This document shows positions 35,487-43,270 of a DNA stretch of 64,000 bases, in pieces (the first letter of the stretch is position 1; each line of letters begins with the position of its first letter). The stretch covers positions 2,139 through 66,138 of the forward strand of contig JAFGOY010000013.1 of NCBI GenBank assembly GCA_016926255.1, given 5' to 3'. The translations under genes and the position numbers were made by a program. The notes under the pieces were generated by a model. That model saw only the letters and a program-made list of their open reading frames with translations, was not told where the DNA came from and made no database searches. This DNA is from Anaerolineae bacterium. Lineage in GTDB: Bacteria > Chloroflexota > Anaerolineae > Aggregatilineales > UBA3940.

Positions 35487-36179
35487 TCAGCGGCGGTAGC
35501 GCGGAATTTCAACCAGCACCTCAAAACCCAGTGATACGATATCTCCCCGGTCACGTATGGTCGGATCGAGATATTCGACGAGAAAGGCCAGCGCGATCCC
35601 GGCAGCAAGGCCCAGCCCGGCCCGGACCAGCGGCTGCAAGCGCACACTCAGCGGCGGCGGCACCGGAGCGATCACCGGTTCGTCGAACTGGACGACCTCG
35701 ACTTCATCCGCGCCAAACTGGGGGAAATAATCAGCGCTGCGCTCGTTGAGCACCACGCTGACCGCTTCGGCGATTGAGGCCAGTTGATCGGCATCACCCC
35801 AGTTCAGGTAGACGACCATCACACTGCGTTCGTTGTCGGCGTTGATCGCGCCCTGTAATGCGGCGGCGGGAATCTCCAGTTCGGCAGTAGCAGCGAGTTC
35901 GGCGCTCACTTCTTTGGCAAACGATCCGGTCTTGACCCAGTCGGTCAGGCCGTTGACGACAAATTCACTGGTCAACCAGGGATAGTATTCGCTGTCCTCA
36001 TAGCTGACCGTCTCCCCCTCGATTGGCGGGGCGGCGGTAAAATGCAGGCTGGTCGAAAAGCCGCCGCCACCCGGGGCACGCAGCACAGTGAACGCAGCAT
36101 AGGCTGCTGCTGCCAGCGTCGGCAGTGCAATCAGCCACCAGCGGCGTCGGATGATCTTCCAGATTGCGCGTAATTCCAT
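35487..36179 (-). CDS. Second Wzz/CpsC-like polysaccharide co-polymerase paralog
   Basis: AIWKIIRRRWWLIALPTLAAA, a central soluble domain, and a C-terminal TM plus EYLDPTIRDRGD tail. It has the same architecture as 34729..35397. Confidence 0.65.
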   Translation of the reverse strand: MELRAIWKIIRRRWWLIALPTLAAAAYAAFTVLRAPGGGGFSTSLHFTAAPPIEGETVSYEDSEYYPWLTSEFVVNGLTDWVKTGSFAKEVSAELAATAELEIPAAALQGAINADNERSVMVVYLNWGDADQLASIAEAVSVVLNERSADYFPQFGADEVEVVQFDEPVIAPVPPPLSVRLQPLVRAGLGLAAGIALAFLVEYLDPTIRDRGDIVSLGFEVLVEIPRYRR

Positions 36180-36224
36180 AATCCAACCTCAGCTACCCGG
36201 CAAGAAAGCAGTCGAAACAGCCGA

Positions 36225-37331
36225 TTATCCCCACCTGTGATTCCTGACCGCTTCATCGTACCTTGCATCGACAAATGCTGCCAACTCACGCCGGAAAATC
36301 GCGGCGTCGAAGCGTTCGGCGTTTGCCCGGATGACCTTTTGATCGAAGGCCCCGGCATCGAATTCCCGCAAGGCCGCAATCAGGCTTTCTGCTGTCAGTT
36401 CATCGAAGAACAACCCCGTTTTTCCTTCGACGACGGTATCGAGCGCCCCGCCACCCCGGAAGGCGATCACCGGACGACCCGCCGCCTGCGCCTCGACCGG
36501 AGCGATCCCGAAATCCTCCAGGCCGGGGAAGATGAATGCCTTGCAGCGCGCCACCAGATCGACCAGTTCCGCATCGGCCACACGGCCCACAAACTGGATG
36601 GTCGGCCCGGCGATTGATTCCAGCTTCTCCCGGTCGCGCCCGTCACCGGCGACGATCAGCGGCAGATCGAGCGCAGTGCAGGCTTCGACAGCGAGATCGA
36701 CCCGCTTGTAGGGGATCAGCCGCGAAACGACCAGGAAGTAATCCCCGTATCTGGAAACAGGCGCAAACCGATCCACATCGACCGGCGGGTAAATGATAAC
36801 CGACTCGCGGTTGTAGAATTTTTCGATCCGGCGCTGAATAGCCGACGATATGGCAATGAAATAATCGACTCGCTGCGCGGCCCGGTAATCCCAGCGGCGG
36901 AGCATGCGCATCGCCGGGCGGCTGATCATCGAGGTGAGGGATGAAAACCTCTCACGCTTGACATAATGATCGAACTGCCAGACGAAGCGTGTAGGCGTCA
37001 GGCAGTAGCAGATGTGGAGCGCGTCGCCAGCATCGACTCCGTGACAGAAGCCGCTTTTATTCGAAAGGACGATCTCGTAGTCACCGAGATCGAGGCCCTG
37101 CCACGCCAGCGGGTAGACGGCAACATAGGGTTGGTGATGGGCATGGATTCCCGGCAGGCGATCCATCCAGGTGGTGCGAATATCGAAATCCCGGTAGCGC
37201 TCCGGCATGCGGTCGGGAGCATAGATCGAGGTATAGATTGGAGACTGCGGGTACATCGCGGCCAGTTCTTCCAGTACGTTCTCCGCGCCGCCATGCTGAT
37301 TTAACCAGTCATGAACCAGCGCTAATTTCAT
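36225..37331 (-). CDS. GT4-family (GT-B) glycosyltransferase
   Basis: MKLALVHDWLNQHGGAENVLEEL at the N-terminus and the EDFGIAPVEAQAAGRPVIA E-x7-E region. Confidence 0.8.
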   Translation of the reverse strand: MKLALVHDWLNQHGGAENVLEELAAMYPQSPIYTSIYAPDRMPERYRDFDIRTTWMDRLPGIHAHHQPYVAVYPLAWQGLDLGDYEIVLSNKSGFCHGVDAGDALHICYCLTPTRFVWQFDHYVKRERFSSLTSMISRPAMRMLRRWDYRAAQRVDYFIAISSAIQRRIEKFYNRESVIIYPPVDVDRFAPVSRYGDYFLVVSRLIPYKRVDLAVEACTALDLPLIVAGDGRDREKLESIAGPTIQFVGRVADAELVDLVARCKAFIFPGLEDFGIAPVEAQAAGRPVIAFRGGGALDTVVEGKTGLFFDELTAESLIAALREFDAGAFDQKVIRANAERFDAAIFRRELAAFVDARYDEAVRNHRWG

Positions 37332-38010
37332 AGAACAACTCCCCTTTTATTCTGCGGCGCACCGGTGCAAACGTCCGACGGTGCAGCGGGCACGGCCCCA
37401 GGTCAACCAGCGCCCGACGGTGATGGATCGTCCCGTAGCCTTTGTGCCGGGCGAAGTCATAACCCGGATACAGGTCGTCGATCTCGACCATCAGGCGATC
37501 ACGGGTGACTTTGGCGACGATGCTCGCCGCCGCGATGCTCAACGAGTGCTGCTCGCCCCGACTCATGCTCTTCTGTGGGAGGTTGACGGTGGGCAGCCTC
37601 AAATAGCGCCCGTCGATCAGCAGGGCAGCGGGTGAAACGCCCAGCGATTCAACCGCCCGGCGCATGGCAAGCTGCGTTGCACCGATTATACCGAACTCGT
37701 CGATCTCTTCCGCGCTTGCCAGCCCTGGCGCGGCAGCGATGGCAGCCTCGAAGATTACCGGGAAGAGACGCTCACGCTGCAAAGGAGTACATTTTTTGCT
37801 GTCGCGCACGCCTTCGAGAACCTCGAATATATCCGGCTGATCATAGGGCAGAATCACCGCCCCGGCGCTGACCGGCCCGGCCCAGGCCCCGCGCCCGGCC
37901 TCGTCGAGGCCGCAGACGGTCAGCAGGCCCTGCTCGACAAAGGCATGCTCGTGCGTCAACCGGGGAGGGGGTTCTTTCGTCACTGCGATTACCCGTACTG
38001 CCCGCGCCAA
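37309..38010 (-). CDS. rnhB: Ribonuclease HII
   Basis: GLDEAGRGAWAGPVSAGAVIL, DSKK and SIAAASIVAKVTRD. An alternative GTG start at 37983 would remove the 22-nt overlap with the upstream GT2 gene. Confidence 0.85.
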   Translation of the reverse strand: MARAVRVIAVTKEPPPRLTHEHAFVEQGLLTVCGLDEAGRGAWAGPVSAGAVILPYDQPDIFEVLEGVRDSKKCTPLQRERLFPVIFEAAIAAAPGLASAEEIDEFGIIGATQLAMRRAVESLGVSPAALLIDGRYLRLPTVNLPQKSMSRGEQHSLSIAAASIVAKVTRDRLMVEIDDLYPGYDFARHKGYGTIHHRRALVDLGPCPLHRRTFAPVRRRIKGELFYEISAGS

Positions 38011-38720
38011 CCGTTCAGGCGCACCCGGATGACTTCCAGCAGCATATTGATCGAGTCACGCAGGGGGCTGATCCGGCTCTGGGGCATGTAGTGCCAGGTG
38101 ATCGGCACTTCGACTATCGAGTAGCCGAGCCGCTGGGCGATGAACAGGATTTCGACATCGAAGGCCCACCCGTCGATGGTCTGCATCGGGAAGACTTTTT
38201 TGGCCACTTCGCGGCTGAACACCTTGAATCCACACTGGGTATCCTGGATTTCGGGAATCGCCAGAACACGAACGATAAAGTTGAAGACCCGCCCCATCAG
38301 GTGCCGGTAGGCCGGTTCGTCAATCCGGCGCGAGTCGGGAAGTTCGCGGCTGGCGATGGCAATGTCGTAGCCGTTCAAAGCAGGCGGCATGAACTTCGAG
38401 ATTTCCTCGACCGGCATCGAGAAGTCAGCGTCACACACGAACAGATAGTCGCCTTTTCCGGCCATTATCCCGGTATTGACCGCCGCCCCCTTGCCCTGGC
38501 GCGGTTCGTCCAGTGCCTGGATGCAATCATAACGGCTGGCATAGTCGGCGGCGATTTCCGAGGTTTTGTCGCTGCTGTTATTGTTGACGACGATCACTTC
38601 GATGCCGTAGTCCTGGCGCGCGGTGAATTCGACGAGCTGATCGAGACTGGTGGGAAGGCGTTCCTGCTCATTGTAAGCAGGGATAATGATTGAAAGCAGT
38701 GGACGATCCTGCGTTGTCAT
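37989..38720 (-). CDS. GT2 polyprenyl/dolichyl-phosphate beta-glucosyltransferase-like (Alg5/DPG synthase-like)
   Basis: LSIIIPAYNEQERLPTSLDQL, VIVVNNNSSDKT, RQGKGAAVNTG, VCDADFSMP and QCGFKVF. 243 aa and soluble, like Alg5/Ppm1-type lipid-phosphate sugar synthases. Confidence 0.65.
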   Translation of the reverse strand: MTTQDRPLLSIIIPAYNEQERLPTSLDQLVEFTARQDYGIEVIVVNNNSSDKTSEIAADYASRYDCIQALDEPRQGKGAAVNTGIMAGKGDYLFVCDADFSMPVEEISKFMPPALNGYDIAIASRELPDSRRIDEPAYRHLMGRVFNFIVRVLAIPEIQDTQCGFKVFSREVAKKVFPMQTIDGWAFDVEILFIAQRLGYSIVEVPITWHYMPQSRISPLRDSINMLLEVIRVRLNGWRGQYG

Positions 38721-38817
38721 ACATTCCTCAAGGTTGTTTCGGGTTCAAGTCAAGGCAGCTAGTATCGCCCGGCGTATAAAAAAGATCAAATAAAGGCAAC
38801 ATACGATATGGTGTTGT

Positions 38818-39198
38818 TTAACCGACGATATCGCGGATGATCCGAACCGGTGCGCCAGAGCGCGTGCCGCGCAGTTGGGTGGTATCGCCAAGCATCTGGC
38901 CGACGATATTCACCGGACTGTAGGCACGGGGTTGATCGCCGGTGCTGACGGGCGTGGGGCCGTAGAAAATACAGAAGGCTTTACCAACCGGCCAGTAACC
39001 CAACTCGCCGATCTCGACCTCCTCACGCGCACCGGGTTCCTGATCGGCGTTTACCGGGATTTCGAAGTAAACCTCGTCACCCCAGACATTGGCCGCCCCG
39101 TCGATGGGGAGCACGTTCCAGATCAGGTTTGCGGTCGGGCTGTCGTTGAGCCTTGCCTTGAACGTGCGATCCCCGACGGTGATGACAATCTGCCTCAT
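38818..39198 (-). CDS. Cyclophilin-like fold protein (TM1367-like, unknown function)
   Basis: ARLNDSPTANLIWNVLP...NVWGDEVYFEIPV...IGELGYWPVGKAFCIFYGPTPVS...PVNIVG matches my memory of the Cyclophil_like family. ATGA overlap with the upstream GT2 gene. Confidence 0.55.
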   Translation of the reverse strand: MRQIVITVGDRTFKARLNDSPTANLIWNVLPIDGAANVWGDEVYFEIPVNADQEPGAREEVEIGELGYWPVGKAFCIFYGPTPVSTGDQPRAYSPVNIVGQMLGDTTQLRGTRSGAPVRIIRDIVG

Positions 39199-40163
39199 GA
39201 AACCTGCTCCTCAACCGGGGTCAGGATCGACTCGATATATTCGATAGAGGCTTTACGCCCGGACTGTATCCGCCGCCGCTGTTTTAGCAGGCCGGGGAGC
39301 GCGATCAGCCCGGCGAGCATGCCGCGCAGCCGGGCACGGGCTGCTTCGCCGCGCCACGCCCTGATCGCATCGACCGCCTGCCTGATCTGCAATCGCATGA
39401 TCTGCGGCAGGTATTTTCGAAGCAGCGGGCCGGGGTAGTTCTTTGCGATCACCCGGAGCGTGTTGCGCCCGGCGTAGTAGCTGGCGGTCTTCCCGCCGCC
39501 GGTCGCCGAGAGGTGATGATATACCACTGCCTTTGGCGCGTAGAAACACTGCCATCCGGCCAACTGCGCCCGCCAGCCGAGATCGACATCTTCCATCAGG
39601 AAGAAGAAGCCATCGTCGAGCAGGTCAATCTCGTCAAGCATGGCGCGCCGATAAGCCGCCGATCCGCCGCAGGCGCTGAACACAGGCTGCTCCTGCCGGA
39701 ATTCAGGGCCGTCTTTCTGCCAGACTCCCCGGTTCCCGGCTTCCCCGTTGACCCGGTAAAAATCTCCGGCGTTGTGGAGCGTGTCACGTTGATCGTAGAG
39801 CAGCATCTTGCTGGCTATCGATCCGGCTTCGGGATGGCGATCAAATGCAGCCAGCACCTGCTCGATCCAGTCCGGCTCGACTTCGGTATCGTTGTTCAAC
39901 AGGATCACAATTGGAGCGTGAGCGGCTTCCATCCCGACGTTGCAGGCACCGGTGAATCCCCGGTTCTCCGGCAGTTCGATCAGGCTGACTTCAGGATACT
40001 GATCGCGGATCAACGCCTGCGATCCATCGGTCGAGGCGTTGTCGACTATGATCACCTCGACCGGTTCGACCGTTTGCTTTCCGAGCGAATCAAGGCAGGG
40101 GACGAGGAACTTCAACCCGTTCCAGTTGGGGATAATCACCGAGGCGAGCGGATCGACAGGCAT
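39195..40163 (-). CDS. GT2-family glycosyltransferase (rhamnosyltransferase-like)
   Basis: SVIIPNWNGLKFLVPCLDSLGKQT, IIVDNASTDGS, LLNNDTEV and GGSAAYRR. Confidence 0.8.
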   Translation of the reverse strand: MPVDPLASVIIPNWNGLKFLVPCLDSLGKQTVEPVEVIIVDNASTDGSQALIRDQYPEVSLIELPENRGFTGACNVGMEAAHAPIVILLNNDTEVEPDWIEQVLAAFDRHPEAGSIASKMLLYDQRDTLHNAGDFYRVNGEAGNRGVWQKDGPEFRQEQPVFSACGGSAAYRRAMLDEIDLLDDGFFFLMEDVDLGWRAQLAGWQCFYAPKAVVYHHLSATGGGKTASYYAGRNTLRVIAKNYPGPLLRKYLPQIMRLQIRQAVDAIRAWRGEAARARLRGMLAGLIALPGLLKQRRRIQSGRKASIEYIESILTPVEEQVS

Positions 40164-40171
40164 GAGGTCGC

Positions 40172-41011
40172 CTACTCCGATTCGTGATCGGCAAGGTAAG
40201 CCGACAGCGCATCCTGCCAGGAGCGCATGGTGACTCCCAGCGCCGCACCAAAGACGTTCTTCATCGGTGCATAAGCGGGAGGCGTCGAGGGGCGATCAAA
40301 GGCGTCAGAGGTGATCGGCGCGATCTCCACGTCGATCCCCGACTGGCGGAGAATCTCCGCCGCAAAGTCATAACGCGAACAGGCCCCATCATTGGCCATG
40401 TGGTAAATCCCCGGTTTGCCCACTTCGATCAATTTAGCGACAGCTTGCGCCAGATCGACAGCGTAGGTTGGTGAGCCAACTTCGTCGGTGACAACCTGGA
40501 GCGGCTGGCCGGATCGCGCCCGCGTGAGAATCTTGTGGATGAAATTCACGCCGCCGGGCGCATAGAGCCAGGCGGTGCGGACGATCATATAGGCAGGGAC
40601 ATAGCGCTCGACGACCTGCTCGGCGACGAACTTCGAATAGCCGTAGGGGTTGATCGGGCTGCGATGGTCGTATTCCTGATAAGGGCGTTGGGATTTGCCG
40701 TCGAACACTTCGTTGGTGCTGATCGCAACCAGCATCGCCCCGATCTCGCGGCAAAGGTTGGCAATGTTATACGTCCCTACCCCGTTGACCCTGACCGCCT
40801 CATCAGGGTGCTGGGCACAGTAATCGACATCGGTCAACGCCGCACAATGGACAACGACATCCGGCATGGATTCGGCAAAGGCCCGTTTGACCTGCTCCGG
40901 GTCGGTCATATCCCAGTCGGGGAGATCGCCGCCGAACAATTTGTGCCCCTTCAGGGCTGATTTCAAAGCCAGCCCAAGCTGACCGCGATGACCGGTAATG
41001 AATATTTTCAC
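40172..41011 (-). CDS. rfbD: dTDP-4-dehydrorhamnose reductase
   Basis: KIFITGHRGQLG, VVHCAALTDVDYCAQHPDEA, VAISTNEVFDG and YGYSKFVAE. GTGA overlap with the upstream gene. Confidence 0.85.
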   Translation of the reverse strand: MKIFITGHRGQLGLALKSALKGHKLFGGDLPDWDMTDPEQVKRAFAESMPDVVVHCAALTDVDYCAQHPDEAVRVNGVGTYNIANLCREIGAMLVAISTNEVFDGKSQRPYQEYDHRSPINPYGYSKFVAEQVVERYVPAYMIVRTAWLYAPGGVNFIHKILTRARSGQPLQVVTDEVGSPTYAVDLAQAVAKLIEVGKPGIYHMANDGACSRYDFAAEILRQSGIDVEIAPITSDAFDRPSTPPAYAPMKNVFGAALGVTMRSWQDALSAYLADHESE

Positions 41012-41997
41012 TGTACCGTTCCTTTGGGTAAGCCCCGGCGAAGACGCTTCTTCGCCAGCGCGGTATAGATAAACGGTAAAACGACCTGCCCCAACAGGTT
41101 CAGGGTCAACAGCAGCGCCGTCAGTGCAACATAGATGAATACATCGTCGACAATGGACGGGATGGCCCGGTTGACCAGGGAAGAATAATCGGGCGAATCG
41201 TAGAAGGGATCGACGGCAGACAAATACACCAGCCCACCCAACGATCCGATCCAGACCAGGCCAAGCGTGGTGAACATTCCAAGCGCCAGCCGGAAACTGA
41301 CCGCCGTCCAGGGACGCTGATAGCTGCGTCGAGGGTAAGTCGAAACGAGCGAGCCGAGCGAGAGATTATACCGCGCCCGGAGAAATGGCCCGGTTAGAAG
41401 CATCAAGACCGTGACAACCGCTGTATAAATCGTCAAAACATAGTACAGGCGAAAACCTGGATAATACGCCGAATTGGCCAGACTCCTTTCAATCGTATCG
41501 AGGATATCGACATAGACAGTGGGGCCAAAGATGCGGGTCGTGTAGATCAGGACGAGGAAGACCATTCCGCCCAGCATTAACAACCGCAGCAGAAAGACGG
41601 CCAGCGGCGAAACGATCCAGCGGCGAAACATCACGCGCTGACGCAGGCCAAACGTCTGATCGCCGCCGGAGACGGTTCTCGCGCCGACTGCGGCGACCTG
41701 CCAGGTCATGAACCAGGTTGCCAGTAACTGCAAAATCGCCGGGATGATGATCGCAACCCCGGCGAAGGTGCGCAGACGCTCATCATAAGAATAGCCATAA
41801 TTGTAATTGTCGATTTCGGCGAAAAACACGACTGTCAGCCAGAGACACAGACTGGAAACCAGGGCAAGGGGAATACAGCCGATCTGCACGATACGCCGCT
41901 TCCGCCGCCGGGAGAGCCTCCTCCAGCGCCTGCCTATTGGTTTCTTTGCTTGCTTTGAATTTGCCTCAGATTCATGATCCATCAGCACAGTTCTCAC
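41008..41997 (-). CDS. Polytopic membrane protein, unknown family (329 aa)
   Basis: A basic N-terminus (RRWRRLSRRRKRR) is followed by about 7 hydrophobic helices. GTGA overlap with the upstream gene. Confidence 0.45.
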   Translation of the reverse strand: MRTVLMDHESEANSKQAKKPIGRRWRRLSRRRKRRIVQIGCIPLALVSSLCLWLTVVFFAEIDNYNYGYSYDERLRTFAGVAIIIPAILQLLATWFMTWQVAAVGARTVSGGDQTFGLRQRVMFRRWIVSPLAVFLLRLLMLGGMVFLVLIYTTRIFGPTVYVDILDTIERSLANSAYYPGFRLYYVLTIYTAVVTVLMLLTGPFLRARYNLSLGSLVSTYPRRSYQRPWTAVSFRLALGMFTTLGLVWIGSLGGLVYLSAVDPFYDSPDYSSLVNRAIPSIVDDVFIYVALTALLLTLNLLGQVVLPFIYTALAKKRLRRGLPKGTVQ

Positions 41998-43010
41998 AGT
42001 TTCCGGGCGCGGCGCTGCGTCAGATTGAGCAGCAGGGCAATCGATCCAACCTGAAGGGCCAGCACAGCAAGGATATAAAGCAGAATGGTCATGGTGAGCA
42101 CAAATATCACGACTTCCGGCTCAGGCTGGGGTAAATCATGGAAAAACTCAATCGGCGCGTAGGAGGGATCGGCCCAGTTGATGATAAGGATATAAATCAG
42201 ACCATAGATCAGGCCGACATTAAGCAGGATCGACAACACCCACAACATCAACCTGCCCACCAATCCGAAGGCCACCGAGCGCGACCGGGTGCACGACGCC
42301 GCCGAAGCCAGAAAAGCGATGGAACTGTTCAGTACCATCTGGATAATCGGTTGGGCAAAATACCAGAACACGAAAATGCTGTAAGTTATCAGCGGCAGAA
42401 CCCAGAGCCACTCGTCGATCATCTTCTCCCAGCCTGACGACTCCCAGTAAAAGATCGACCGGACAATGTAGGCCGTGCCAATGATCCCGGTAATGGTGCT
42501 GGCAAAGCGCAGCAGCATCAGGCCGATCAACGTCGAACGGCTCTGCTGGATCACCGCTGCAAACTTGGCAAAGATGATCTCTTTCAGGGACAGAGTCGTC
42601 GTGCGGAGCAGGTGCCAGCTCTGGAGTTCGACTTCACCACTGATGGCCGGGGAAGCCTGGGTAACGGTCAATACACCGGCAACTGCCCCCACAATGAGTT
42701 GGATCAGCAGCATCGCAAAAAACAATGCAGCGAGGGTTCCACCAAAGCCACTTTCGATGTCCCAATACAATTGAGTGGGAAGGATCAGGGCGGTCAAAAC
42801 CAGGGAGATCAACCCGGTGCAGGCAAGGATCACCGGGAGACAGCCCTGCTGCATTGCCAGCAGCACGCGGCTCTGCTTCCTGCGTTCGACCTCAAGGTGA
42901 AAAACCGGGTGACCGGAGTCAGCCCAATCGGGAACCAGTTTACGCGGTTTCGAAGCCGAAGGTTTTTCCATGCGCCAGATTTTACTCCAAAGAGTGAACG
43001 GGCAAACCAC
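41994..43010 (-). CDS. Polytopic membrane protein with ABC-2-permease-like motif (338 aa)
   Basis: ISGEVELQSWHLLRTTTLSLKEIIFAKF resembles the GE-x-E..T...L..T.LS..EI..GK segment of ABC-2 type permeases, and there are about 7 TM helices. No ATPase gene is adjacent. An alternative start is MEKPSA at 42971. Confidence 0.4.
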   Translation of the reverse strand: MVCPFTLWSKIWRMEKPSASKPRKLVPDWADSGHPVFHLEVERRKQSRVLLAMQQGCLPVILACTGLISLVLTALILPTQLYWDIESGFGGTLAALFFAMLLIQLIVGAVAGVLTVTQASPAISGEVELQSWHLLRTTTLSLKEIIFAKFAAVIQQSRSTLIGLMLLRFASTITGIIGTAYIVRSIFYWESSGWEKMIDEWLWVLPLITYSIFVFWYFAQPIIQMVLNSSIAFLASAASCTRSRSVAFGLVGRLMLWVLSILLNVGLIYGLIYILIINWADPSYAPIEFFHDLPQPEPEVVIFVLTMTILLYILAVLALQVGSIALLLNLTQRRARKL

Positions 43011-43146
43011 TACAATCAGGCCCTTGCACGACGCCTACCATACCACGCATCGGGGCAAAAGGAAAAAGGGCGGTAGGGAGGAATGATACATCGCTCCCCG
43101 GTCGACCCCGGAGGGCGCAGCGCACGGAAAACCGGTACATTCCCCC

Positions 43147-43175
43147 TTGACAGGAATGAGGAAGCATGATATATT
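43147..43175 (+). promoter_or_regulatory. Strong sigma70-type promoter of the ArsR-family gene
   Basis: Perfect TTGACA (43147..43152), a 17-nt spacer ending in TGa, then TATATT (43170..43175), i.e. an extended -10. Confidence 0.55.
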
Positions 43176-43181
43176 ATTCAT

Positions 43182-43215
43182 GTAACCCGATAATTCGGGT
43201 AACCCAGGTAATTGG
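43182..43215 (+). promoter_or_regulatory. Putative operator: palindrome plus tandem direct repeat at the predicted transcription start
   Basis: ACCCGA-TAAT-TCGGGT is a perfect inverted repeat (43185..43200). It is embedded in two direct repeats, GTAACCCGATAATTCGG and GTAACCCAGGTAATTGG. Confidence 0.45.
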
Positions 43216-43270
43216 ATAACATCAAATTATGTGTTACCATCGTAAAAACCTGGAAAGAAGGAGAACTACA

